The position numbers and the translations under genes were made by a program. From Lophium mytilinum (taxonomy: Eukaryota), in the NCBI GenBank assembly GCA_010093605.1, contig MU004185.1, positions 1,757,334 through 1,821,333 of the forward strand: a stretch of DNA of 64,000 nt, read 5' to 3'. The notes below the pieces were generated by a model. That model made no database searches, was not told the DNA's origin, and saw nothing but the letters and a program-made list of their open reading frames with translations. Of the stretch, positions 11,366-22,580 are shown one piece after another (the first letter of the stretch is position 1; the number at the start of each line of letters is the position of its first letter).

Positions 11366-12832
11366 TCAAGGGTGGGGCCCAATCACCATGTGTGCCCTAC
11401 GAGATGCCTCTTTTACTTCATTTGCAACCATATCTGCCAATTCGTTGCCAAGAAGGCCCTTGTGGCCGGGGATCCAGCGTAGTTCGACCTTGTACCCGGC
11501 TTGTTCAATCGCGTACGTGTAGGTGGCAATGTTCTTGACTATCGGCCATATTGGCACGACGGGCCCAAATGGCCATTCTTTGATGAGGTTGAGGGCCGTT
11601 GCGCAATCTGAGTATATCACAACCACTTTGGGTCCCACGTTTCCGGTCGTTTTGTACCTTTTGGTGGCGTAAATGAGAGTTTTGGCGACGTTCAAGGCCT
11701 CCATGATAGCCCAGGCTTCGGCATCGGTAGACCTCATGCCCCGCTCCAAAGTGATAGCTTTTGTGACCCAAGGTGTCGGGATCAGGGCCATGTTGTTCTT
11801 GTACGCGACAGCAGCGCCAGCCGCGCCCCACTTATTCACCGAAGCGTCGGTCCAAAGCACGTACCGATCTGCAGCTTGGGTGTCATAGTGGCCGGTGTAT
11901 TCCAGGTCGGCGTGACTGCTGGCTCTCTCATAGTTGTCCTTGAAGACGCTGCCTGTGAACCCATGGTCGAGGTAGTGTGCCACGGCGTTGGTCTCGATGT
12001 CCACTATTTCGTTATCCCCAAAGCCCTGAAGCAACTTGTGCCAATCGATCCATTGCTGTGAATGTATCATATTCTTCTTGAAGTCTTTTGCGCTCACGAA
12101 GTTTTTACGCTGCTCTGTTCGGTACTTCTGAAATGCTTCCAACCAAGTGACTCTGTCCGCTTGCGTCTGTGGCACGTAAGCCCGCAGCACCTGGAGGTCA
12201 TCCAGCATTCGTTGTTCCTCGTGGACCCCGATTTTTCGGTTTCTGCCACGTTCTGCTTCCGTCCTGAGTATCTCAAGCACTCGGTCTTGCGCGACTTCTT
12301 CAGCGCGCGTACGAGGAACGACTGCGCGGACTGCCTCGAGCTTGGGTAGTGTGATGTCAGCCTCCCAGTAGCGGTGTTGTTTCTTCAAAAGTTCAGCGTT
12401 CATCGCCAGATACGCATGCGCCCGCTGCTCTTTCTCTTCAAGTGTTCCTTTGATTTGCACCGCCTCTTGTTCCTCCCGTTCTTCCAGGCCCTCTTCCCAC
12501 GCTCCGGGTCCTTCTTCCGTCCACAGACTCGCCGCATGTTCCTGCTCTTCCTGCTCTTTCAACCGCCGCTCCCTCCGCGTTGTGACTTCTTCGACAATAA
12601 GGGCCAACCACTCCTCTCTTGATAGTACTTCTTGCGCTTGTATGAACATATCCAACAGGGTAGGGTCCGCTGCGTCGGTGCTCGACTGCCCCTCGGCGTC
12701 CTTCCGCTTCTTCTCCTGCGACGCGGCGTCTCCAATCCGTACCAACAGCTCGTCCCACGCGGCGTCAGTCTCCGGCACGTTGCGTGCCGCCTCATCGAGC
12801 ACATCGGCGAAAGAAGGAGCGACAGCGTCCAT
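11366..12832 (-). CDS. Stand-alone RNase H1-type domain protein (non-LTR-retroelement-like RNase H) with an acidic/coiled-coil N-terminus
   Basis: C-terminal WTDAS...STDAEAWAI...IYSDC...WIPGHKG..GNELAD carries all D-E-D-D residues plus the conserved His. First ATG is at 12832 (MDAVAPSF); the ORF track extends to a TTG at 13024. No RT motifs seen. Confidence 0.85.
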   Translation of the reverse strand: MDAVAPSFADVLDEAARNVPETDAAWDELLVRIGDAASQEKKRKDAEGQSSTDAADPTLLDMFIQAQEVLSREEWLALIVEEVTTRRERRLKEQEEQEHAASLWTEEGPGAWEEGLEEREEQEAVQIKGTLEEKEQRAHAYLAMNAELLKKQHRYWEADITLPKLEAVRAVVPRTRAEEVAQDRVLEILRTEAERGRNRKIGVHEEQRMLDDLQVLRAYVPQTQADRVTWLEAFQKYRTEQRKNFVSAKDFKKNMIHSQQWIDWHKLLQGFGDNEIVDIETNAVAHYLDHGFTGSVFKDNYERASSHADLEYTGHYDTQAADRYVLWTDASVNKWGAAGAAVAYKNNMALIPTPWVTKAITLERGMRSTDAEAWAIMEALNVAKTLIYATKRYKTTGNVGPKVVVIYSDCATALNLIKEWPFGPVVPIWPIVKNIATYTYAIEQAGYKVELRWIPGHKGLLGNELADMVANEVKEASRRAHMVIGPHP

Positions 12833-13134
12833 GGCGGGGTGACGGAAAGCCTGCCAAGCATGGTTAGTACGTGCATTCCGGCGACGAGGTGTCGATGGAC
12901 GCGTTCCAGTAGTGTCAGTCTTGTTGGTTAGTGAGGAGCAAGCGTAGTAGCTGATGCGAGAACTTGGTCTTGTTCTGCTGTTGGTGGTGATGAGGTTGGA
13001 GGCTGAAGGTTTGTTTTGGTGCAAGCGAGACGTGATGTGGGGCAGGCGCGACGCGAACGCGTGGTCATAGCTTTACCGCCAAAAGCGGCTTAGCGCGAAA
13101 TCAGGCTCTGTTGAGCCTGAAGTTGGAAGTGTGC

Positions 13135-14265
13135 TGATGCCGTTTGAGGTGGCTTGGTGAACTCTTCGGTTTGTGAAAAGTATGGCTTTACGGGGTTTTA
13201 TGGTATGTTGGAGGACTTCAGACGGTGCTAGGCTGGTGTCTATCACATGTGAGTGTATGCCTGAGATTGAGACACGATTCTTAGAATAGAACTTCGCACC
13301 CATTTGAGCTCCGTTGGACATGAAATGGTACTCTGTTCTGATACCGTCTGAGGTGGCTTGAAAAGCTTTCAGGCTTGCCAAAAGTGTAGCTTTAGGAATT
13401 TTCATGACGCGGTAGAGGACCCCAAACGGTGCTAGGCGGGTCTCCACCACATGCGAGTGTATGCCTGAGATTGATACACAATTCTTAATATCGGATTTCA
13501 CTCCCAATTTTGGCTTCATTGAAGGCGAAATGATATTGCGTTCTGGTACCGTCTGAGCTGGCTTGGAGAGCTTTTAGGCTTGCCAAAAGTGCAGCTTTAT
13601 GAATTTTTATGGCACGCTAGAGGACCCAAACGGTGCTAGCGCTGTGTGCACAGGCAACGGGATATCTGAGAATGGCGGGGAATTCTTGAAATAGACATTC
13701 GTGACCAGGATCTTTACCGCCGTTAAGCATCAAGGGCAGTCCATTTTGATATCGTCTGAGGTGCCCTAAAGAGCTATCAGGCCCGCCAAAACTACCACTT
13801 CACAACTGTTCAGGATATACCGGAGGACCTCAAACAGCGCTAAGCGAGTGCGCACACGTAAGTGAATGCTTTGAAATAGGACATACGTAAGTATGTGTCA
13901 CTTGCGTTCATGTGCTTGACTCCGTGGCGCAAGGGGACATCAAATGGTAGTCATATATGACACCGTCTGAGGTGGCCCCGAGAAACATCAGACTTGCTCA
14001 AATTATCATTTTCCAGGTTTCGATGGCCTATCAGATGACCTCAAACAGTGCGAGGCAAGCGTACATAAGCAGTACAATATGCGAGAGCGGGACTCCTCAA
14101 AATAGAATGTTGCACACATGCGTGGACTGTCAGCCTCCGCAGCTCCGCTGAACATGGCACTCTATTACGATACCGTCTGAGGTGGCTTAGAGAGCTATCA
14201 AATCCGTCAGAACTGTCGTCTTCCAATTTTGATATGGCAGCGGGGGACCTCTAGCGGTGCTAGAC
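13135..14265. repeat. Degenerate ~204-211-bp tandem array, 6 units, each with inverted copies of the ACCTCAAACGGTG core
   Basis: CCGTYTGAGGTGG at ~13140, 13344, 13549, 13752, 13963 and 14173. Each is followed ~70-80 bp later by GAGGACCYCAAACRGTGCTAG. Confidence 0.9.
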
Positions 14266-15581
14266 CAGTGTACACAGGGACAGGCCCTTAAGGAGCGCGG
14301 ATCTGGAATATGGGAACATGCTTTCGCTCCACCCTCTGCTCCTCACCCGCATTGATTGGCATTTGACACACGGTCTAATGCAGGTTGGTCCGTCTGGGTT
14401 GCCACGGCTCCGGATACTAGCTGCCTCACTCTGAAGCGGTCGGACAATTTGTCACTTCTCTCTGCGTCTTTAACGTCAGTACTGTACAGTAGTCTATGCG
14501 AGGGCGCACATCGCCAGCTCAGCGCTCATGCGTCGGCGGGCCCCGGCACCGCCTCGCCTCGCGGTTCATTCGCCATGGCCCTGAGCAGGTTCGCCCCCAT
14601 GTTTGATGCGTTGATGCACGCCATGGCCTGCACCCCCGCTGCGGCAGCAGAGGCACACTTCCTATTCGTCCCCGCTGTGCCGCAGAGCGGAAGGATGCAT
14701 AAGCCGTGGGGTCCGCTGTCGCTGTGGTGGCCCAAATCTGCGTCGCCACGATGCCGGCCGGGCTGCATGTCTTCAACCTCATCACTCGCGGCCTCTTACT
14801 CGCTGCACACGCCTTGCCCCGCTGGAAACATCCAGCCAGATAGCCGCAAGCGCAGATCCCCCAGACGAGCGCCAACAGCTGCCAGACCCGCCCCGTTGAT
14901 CCCCCCCAGACGCTCTCTTGCTGCCGCTGCTCCCAGCTGTCCATCAATTGGCCCAAGCCGGGCCGGGGCCCCATTCGCAGCTGTCATCGTCGCCTCGGGA
15001 TGGTGTGCATCTCGGGGGCGCCTCTGCCTCCAGGGACGCCAATCGCTGACCCTTCGGTCGCTGTGGACGCAATGCTTTGCGGTGATCGTCAGCGCTGGGC
15101 TTGGACGACACCACTGGCATGCGAGCTAAGTTCTGGGCCCTACCCGAGCAGAGTGCCCTCGTGGAGCTATATTCACACTCCAGCCCGGCCTCGCACTTGC
15201 TCCTCTCTCTCCAATATTTCCTGCTCTCGCCTGTGCCAATAGCATTTGATTGCGCGCCTCCCACAGCCACCATGTGCGACACTGACCTGGACTTGTCTCT
15301 TTCGTCCCTCGGAGCTGACCTTCTATAGTGCGTGGTCCCAGCAGCTCCCCGCCCACCACTATATCAACTTTTCTCTCTCATGATGTGCTGAGACTCAGCC
15401 CATCCCAGTCTCTGCTTGTCTGCCCAGGCCTGAGCTGCACCTAAGCACTGCAGCTAACCCTATGGCTGCTGGCGTGTTTGGCCCACAGCGACCCAATTGG
15501 CTGTTCCAATCCACTCAGCAATTCCTCGGCCGTCAGCGCCCGCCAACCTCACTCTCACCCTCATGCCCCCCGCCCGTGGAT

Positions 15582-16769
15582 ATGTATTTCAACGGCGTCT
15601 ACTATCCAAACTGGCGGATCTACAAGAACCAGCCTCCGTCCTCTCTCAATCTCGATGTCATCTCCCACGTTTTCTATGCCTTTGCATGGTTAGTTGCAGC
15701 TCCTAGCTCGCTCAAAACTCTCCGGTAGGCTAACAGCATCACTAGGGTGAAGACGGACGGCACTGTATATGTACGAGAAAACAGTCTTCGGAGATTACCC
15801 CGCTAATGTTCCGCAGCTCAGTGACGAATGGGCAGACACCCAGATCGATGTGGACGGTGCCAAGGGATGTCTCAACGCGTTTGCTGAGCTGAAGAAGAAG
15901 TACACTGTCCTAAGAGTCATCCTGTCCGTCGGCGGGGGCGGTAAAGGTAGCGAGCCATTCGCAGAGGCATCTCGCACTCCTGCATCGCGAGAACGGTTCG
16001 CCCAGACGGCGCGAGACCTATGCATGCAGTACAACCTCGATGGCATTGACAGTGAGTAATGCTACCACCAGCAACCTTTCTTTCACTCACTCGTCCAGTC
16101 GACTGGGAACATCCAGCAGACCCGCAGCAAGGCAACGACTACGTCCAGCTCCTCGCTACACTGCGCGTCTTCCTGCCCACCCCACGCTTCACGCTCTCCT
16201 CAGCCCTCCCCGCTGGCGAATGGGTTTTGCGGAACATCAATCTCGCACAGGCAGCGCAATATCTCGACTTAATCAACTTAATGTCCTACGACTTCTCAGG
16301 CCCGTGGGTAAAAGCATGCGGGCACCACGCCCAGCTCTTCACGCCTCAGGTGCCGCACAACGATGACGCATCCATCTCCTGCCACTCGGCCGTTGCCTAC
16401 ATCCTCAAGCAGGGCGTCTCGCCAAACAAAATCCTCCTGGGGATCCCCGCCTACGGGCGCTCGTTCCTCAACACCCACGGCGTAGGTCATCCCTTCTCTG
16501 GGCAGGCTGGTGAAGAGGGCACGTTCGAGTACAAGGAACTCCCGCGCCCCGGCACACAAGAGCTAGTCGACGAGCAGGTAGGCGCTGCGTATTGCGTCGG
16601 GGGGGACGGGGGGTTCATTACGTATGATAACCCGCAGACGGTGAAGATGAAGGCGAATTATGCGAAGCAAAACGGGCTGGCCGGGCTTTTTTACTGGACG
16701 GGGACGGGGGACTCCAGCGACACGGCGAGGAGTTTGGCGTATAGTGGGTATGTTGGCTTGCATCAGTGA
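15582..16769 (+). CDS. GH18 chitinase without an evident signal peptide (multi-exon)
   Basis: YYPNWRIYK, SHVFYAFAW and ILSVGGG. Catalytic LDGID/IDWE (DxxDxDxE) is rebuilt across the 16052-16098 intron. Also NLMSYDF and GLFYW. An in-frame upstream ATG at 15462 is possible. Confidence 0.92.
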
Positions 16770-17582
16770 GCGTTTTTGGTCATGAAGGCATTGCGCTCAA
16801 TGAGCGTTTTCAACGTAATGGATTCGGCACGGTCAAAAATGGGGTGGAGGGGTAAAATGATAGCATGAGTTGTAATTGTGGAATGTTGCACATGAGGACT
16901 GAACAATGCGTAAATTTGGAGATCTCGATTCTTGAATCAGAAATGATTTATTCTAGACAGCACATAACCATCCGAGGCCACTCTTGAGCGCACAGCTTTG
17001 AGAAGGCCATGAGTTTGGGGGCATGAATAGCAGTCCACTCGCTTGAGTTTTGCACGTCCTTCACCACTGTTACGAGTAGCCCAGATAACTAGCACGTCGT
17101 AAATCAAGAGGCGTCCCAATTCGCACGAGTTTAAATAATTCATCACGTCTGGCAATCCAAAAGCCCATGGTCATCTCAAGCAGGTGATGCAGTGGGCAAA
17201 TTCAGGGCAAGACGTTGTACTCCGGTACGCTAGCAGTGAAGAGCCCGTGCACAAGCTCCGATGTGGAAGCTGCGTTTTGGATCGCCTCCGATGCGCCTTC
17301 CAACTGAACATTCACCACTTTCAGCCCACCCGCACTACGAGATACCCCCCTCCAACCACTGCCCGTCCCAATACACCTGTCTCGGACTTCACTAAGCCGA
17401 CCGCATAGACCTCAGCCAGCCCGTGCCCGGTGCACGCCACCAACCCGTTGCTTCCCCACACTCTTCTGCAGAACACACCCGCCACTGCACCTCATCGCGA
17501 GGCCTATCGTCGCCCCCAGCCAGCCGCTGAACTTCCAGCAAGCACCCAGTTCCAGCCATAAACAGCCGCGCCGCGCTTCATC

Positions 17583-18452
17583 ATGACCGCCGAGGTGCAG
17601 AGAGCGCCGGGGGACCTCGTCCCGCCCGCAGCTTCGCCCGCCTTCAACTTCAGCTTCTCCGACTTCCTGCGGCGCGAGTACCGCTTCGGCCTGGACCCGA
17701 ACCGGCCGTTCTGCAAGGCCTACATGCAAGGCCACTGCCCTTTAGGCAACAACTGTCCCGACAAGCACCACGTCTCGTCATCCTACAACAAGTGCGTAAC
17801 CGGCATAAGCCCCCCTTCCCGCGCTGCTTCTCTTCCCTATCCCTGCCGCCGCCAACCCATCGCTAACCTTATCTGATTCTACAGTCTCGTATGCAAACAT
17901 TGGCTGCGCGGGCTGTGCAAGAAGGGCGACGCATGCGAGTTCCTGCACGAGTACAACCTCCGCCGCATGCCCGAGTGCTCCTACTACGCGCGCACGCTGA
18001 CCTGCTCCAACGGCGACGACTGCCTCTACCTGCACATCGACCCGGACTCGAAACGCCCGCCGTGCCCGCACTTCGATCGCGGCTTCTGCCCGCTCGGCCC
18101 GCACTGCGCGAATAAGCATGTGAAGAAGGACAAGCTGTGCCCGTTCTACCTGGCGGGCTTCTGTCCCGAGGGCAAGGTGTGCAAGAACGGGGGGCATCCG
18201 AGGTATCCTACGGACCTCAAGAAGCCAGAAGTGCGCGTGGAGAAGTCGCGGGAGGAGCTGGAGAGGGAGAGGCTGGCGCGCGAGATGGAGCGCGAGAAGG
18301 AGGAGGAGAGGGAGCGGGAGCGGGAGGACCGGAACCCGGGACAGGGCGGTGGGCAGCAGGGACGCTTCAGGGGCGGCTGGCAGGGCGATCGAAAGAAGCG
18401 GCGGGGTGGTGGAGGAGGAGGTGGTGGTGGGGGGAGGAACCGCCGGCACTGA
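17583..18452 (+). CDS. YTH1: mRNA 3'-end processing factor Yth1/CPSF30
   Basis: Tandem CCCH fingers: [57 protein letters not shown]. Intron 17792-17884. Confidence 0.95.
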
Positions 18453-18984
18453 AACCGACCACGGTTTCCACCCAATGATACCAGCATTGGCAGAAGCGTC
18501 TTGCCGATGTCGTGCTGCGGGCACTGTTATCTTTCGATTGAATTGCGTTAAGCGAGGCGGAGGGGCAGGCATGATGGCTGTGCCTCACGGCTGCCCGAAA
18601 CCATGCAAGAGGACGGGACGCATAGGGCTGATGATCGCCCTTGTCCATCGGCGCTAGCGGCTGGCGGGCCGGTTTCCCCTTTTCATACGCAATGTAAGAG
18701 TTGATATCGTGCAAGTTGGGCTGCCTCTTATCTGGCCTGCTGCGAGCTCGCTGGGGTTACTCCTGACTGTGGTATTACAGGAGCAAAAGTGTAGCCTGTG
18801 TTAAAATATATCCATTTCTATCACTTTCAACGAATCTCTATATTCTAGCATTTTCCAACAAAAAGTCGCAGAAGCACCTCGATATTTTCCTATTATCCTC
18901 CTACCAAGAGTCTAATTCTGCCCTTACCTTGATGGTATATGAAGTGACCACGCCGCGTACCCTCCGCGTCTACTAAAACTGCAT

Positions 18985-20480
18985 CTACGCGGTTGAATCT
19001 GTAAGAATTTGTTACAAGAGATAGCGAGATTAGAGTAGGGGCGCCCCCTTAACCTTTTAATTCTCTTTCTACCCGTGCCCCGATGTCAAGGCTCGTTCCA
19101 AAGGTAAAGAAAACGACTACAAAAGCGGACGAAGAGGCCACGCGGCGTGGCACGCTGCTCACACGGTTCATTCTGTGAAAACTTGCAACTGTCTATATCC
19201 AAATATTACGGGAGGTACTTAAGAAGCTGTCGGTTATATCAAGATCGGCTGCCTGATTTACAAGCTCCTGCTTATGGCAAGAAAAACGACTAAGCAAAAG
19301 AGACGCAGTGGATTCCCTACGTACCCTCTATGTCTGTAAAAAAAACATGTCGCGCGGTTCATTCTGGAAGAACTTGCAATATGAGCGAGGTCGTACCTCC
19401 ACGGGAGTGCTTTATCGAATTTTCTCTCTTTTACCCTCGCCCCCTTAACCCAACGCCCGATCTGGAGTCTCGCGCTCACGGTGAGAAAATAGGGCACGCA
19501 GCGTGCCCTCCGCGTTCTTCAAATATGTTATTGCGCGGTTAAATCTATAACAGCTTGTAACTCGAAGGGTTAATCTTGGGACGGAGGTGCTTCGGTAGGT
19601 CCACTTCATACTAATGAAGTTGAGCTGATTCAAGGGCCTGTGGTTTCAGGGTCGAAATTGCGTCGGTATGCGGTTCGATATGTAAGAACTTGCAACTAGA
19701 AGGGGTAGTCTGGCTCCGGGGCGCTTTTATTAGGTTTGGATTATGCTGATGGGGTGAGCCTGATTTAGGACCTGTGGTTTGGGGTAAAATTGGGTCTTTT
19801 TTATGCGGTTGAATATGTGATAACTTGGAACTGGAAGAGGTAATTTTAGTATGGAAGCGCTTTGGTGAGTTTGTATTATGCTTAAAGCATCGACCTCACT
19901 TAGGACCTGTGGTTTGGGGGAAATTTAGGTCTTAATTATGCGGTTAAATATGTTATAACTTGCAACTGGAAAGGGTAACACTGCCCTAGAAGCGCCTCGC
20001 TAGATCTACTTCATGCTAATGGCGTTAAGCTGATTTAGGGCCTGTAGTTCTCGGGTAAGAACTAACTACACGGAGTAAACGCCGGGTCTATTAATTCTTC
20101 GTTATACAGTTGAATATGTAACAACTTATAACTCGAAGGGCGAGCTATGCTATAGAGGCGCTTCGCTTGGTTTGCAAATTGCTAAAACTATCCACCTAAT
20201 TTAGAACCTATGGTTTTAGGGTGGAAAGCAACTACGCGGAGTGGACGCCGGGTGTATAAGATATTTTGTTATGCGGTTCAATGTTTAATAACTTATAACT
20301 AGCTAGCACGAGCGTTTAGCTGAAGCACCTCCGTAGGCGTCTATTGAGCGTAGGCAGTGGACTTGATTTAGGGGGTGTTGTTGGTTGAATAGGTTGAGAA
20401 GTATGTTTTCACGCCGCGTACCGTTCACGTCTATGAAGCTTTGGCTTTTGCGGTTGATTCTAGAAGAACTTGTGACTAGC
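18985..20480. repeat. Degenerate array, ~10 units, anchored on GCGGTTGAATATGTAAGAACTTGCAACT
   Basis: Anchor at 18989, 19163, 19354, 19535, 19670, 19805, 19940, 20106, 20273 and 20450 (spacings 174, 191, 181, 135, 135, 135, 166, 167, 177). Confidence 0.85.
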
Positions 20481-20624
20481 AGGTGCGAGACTTCGGCTGG
20501 AGCATCTCTGTAGGGTTTCAAAAAGCCTTATCTTTGGACCTGATTTAGAGGGTGCCGTCGGTTGAATAGGTTAGGAAGTATACCGCGCGTGCCATGTTTA
20601 CTATCTCATATCTACGAATGCCTT

Positions 20625-20762
20625 CCTCCCACCGGTCTTCCCTTCAATGCTCATTCGCACATCCTCCTCCTCCCACCGGTCTTCCCCTCAATGCTCATTC
20701 GCACATCCTCCTCCTCCTACCGGTCTTCCCCTCAATGCTCATTCGCACATCCTCCTCCTCCT
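20625..20762. repeat. 44-bp near-perfect tandem repeat x3
   Basis: accggtcttccc[c/t]tcaatgctcattcgcacatcctcctcct at 20631, 20675 and 20719. Confidence 0.9.
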
Positions 20763-20923
20763 GCCCTTTCCCCTTCAAACAACGACCGAGGACCGAACAT
20801 GCTAACCAACCTACTCTACCTACCCAGAGACCCCGGCACAACCCTAGGCCCTTCCCCTCCCCCCTTTTGCCCATCATCCTCCTTCACCAGATCCATACCC
20901 TCACCACGCTCCCTCTCCCTCAG

Positions 20924-21298
20924 TCATGGGGTCCTCCTCCAGTTCTGCAAACCCTCGCGCGCTTCGGGAGGCATACTCGCCGCTAAATCCCCCGCCCGCT
21001 CCCTCTGCGCCTCATCTTGAAACCTATCAACCCATGCCTTACCAATTCTCCTAAACCGCTGAATAACTTCAAACCCTAGCTCCGTCGTCAGACTCCCACC
21101 CCCGCCCCTCATGTGCCCAGTTTTCGGCTTCGCGGTCCCTGCGCGCTGCGCTACTTCTTCCTCGTTGGCTACAGCGGGCGCGAGCGCTTCTTCCTGCTTG
21201 CGGCGGTTGTCGTCTTTCTTACTCTTAGTGCGAGAGGGGTGGAGGAGGCGGGTTAGTCGGGAGGGGGGTTTGGAGGGGGAGGTTGAGGAGGGAGGCAT
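20924..21298 (-). CDS. Small basic hypothetical protein (~124 aa)
   Basis: ATG at 21298 (MPPSSTSPSKPPSRLTRLL...) lies within the 285-aa ORF. No recognisable domain. Confidence 0.4.
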   Translation of the reverse strand: MPPSSTSPSKPPSRLTRLLHPSRTKSKKDDNRRKQEEALAPAVANEEEVAQRAGTAKPKTGHMRGGGGSLTTELGFEVIQRFRRIGKAWVDRFQDEAQRERAGDLAASMPPEAREGLQNWRRTP

Positions 21299-22580
21299 GA
21301 GGGGATGGAGGATGGGGGATCCTGTTGGGTGAGTTGAGATGTAAGGGTTGGTTAGGAACTGTGGGGTATGCTGATAAAGTGAAGCGTAGTTGAGATCTGT
21401 AGCGAAGGCTAGAAGAAGTCTGGGTAGAAAGAGGGTTGAGACGGGGGTGAAGGGGATGGGGTTTTGAGCATGATGGGCACGGAAGCGTGACGGGATCGAT
21501 TGTTGGCGGTGTCGCGTGGCCTGGGTGGATGATGGGGGAAGCTGGAGGAGTTTGCTAGGAAGAGATAGGGGAGTTGTGATTTTGAAGGTGAGTGGATATG
21601 TGTGTAGGAAAGGGAAGTGCGTTGGGAGGGTATGGCGTGGATAGGCTGATGTGAGTACACAAGAGTATAAGAGGTGTCTTTTTAGGAGATGGCAAAAAAC
21701 GGACAACGAGGGGTGGGAAATACGTGGTGTATTGACGTGTTTAGTGAACTGATGCGGAGCTGTGATGAACGAGATAGACATAGTACGTTGGAGGAAGCAA
21801 TCGAAAGTGCTGGGTACCTAGCGTATCTTGATGTAGTTCTTACCACCTGCTGTCTCCAGGCTAATGAACACCAACAAAAGTTGGAATGTCGTGAGATAGC
21901 CGTTTCCACGTTCCACATCAACTACACACACAACACGTAGCTTCACTCCCCTTCCAACATCGTAGCACATCTCCACAATTCCGAACCCAAGGCCCCTACG
22001 TTATCGGCAACACTTCATTCTCTTTCCCGGACCTATGGATCATCTCCAGCAGTGACGCTGACATGGATCAAACAGGACTGACCGACCTCGTTATGTCAGT
22101 TATTGCCTAAGTGTGACAATGTCACTGAGCATAATTGCGGCAATGGCACGAAGGCCCTCACAAATATCAAAATGGAAACTTTGATTTGAATCTGAACAGA
22201 CTATCTCCGTTAACGTACTCTGAAAGAAAGCTAGGTATAATGTGGACCGAATGCATGTACCACGCAAAGAATCCGTTCCTTGAACAACCCTCACTTGCCC
22301 TTAAAGAAGAATCGCCAAGGTTGCTCTCCTATACCCTGCACTGAAACGGCTGGAAAACACCAATCTGTGCTTCAAGATACCCTAACAGCGAACACCGCTT
22401 GGTTATAGCTCTTCCAAAGTGAAGGAATCCCGACGGCAAACTCCAGACTCAGTAAAACTTCAAACTCATATTTGCCCAGTATTAGGAGTGGCCCTAACAA
22501 AGGCTCAAAGTGAGGGTACGATTCCGAACAGATTGCACGTATGCGAACATGTGTAGAGACATTGATTTGTCGCCCCTCTC

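Noticed and set aside
11366..13024. Intact LINE/LTR retrotransposon
   Set aside because: No RT (YADD), endonuclease, gag knuckle, LTRs or poly-A tail were seen, and there is no RIP signature.
13073..13519. 148-aa ORF with an internal repeat
   Set aside because: It lies inside the ~204-bp array, and the other units are not open in this frame.
14356..15359. Several overlapping 80-257-aa ORFs
   Set aside because: GC-rich chitinase upstream region with ORFs on both strands and no domain signal.
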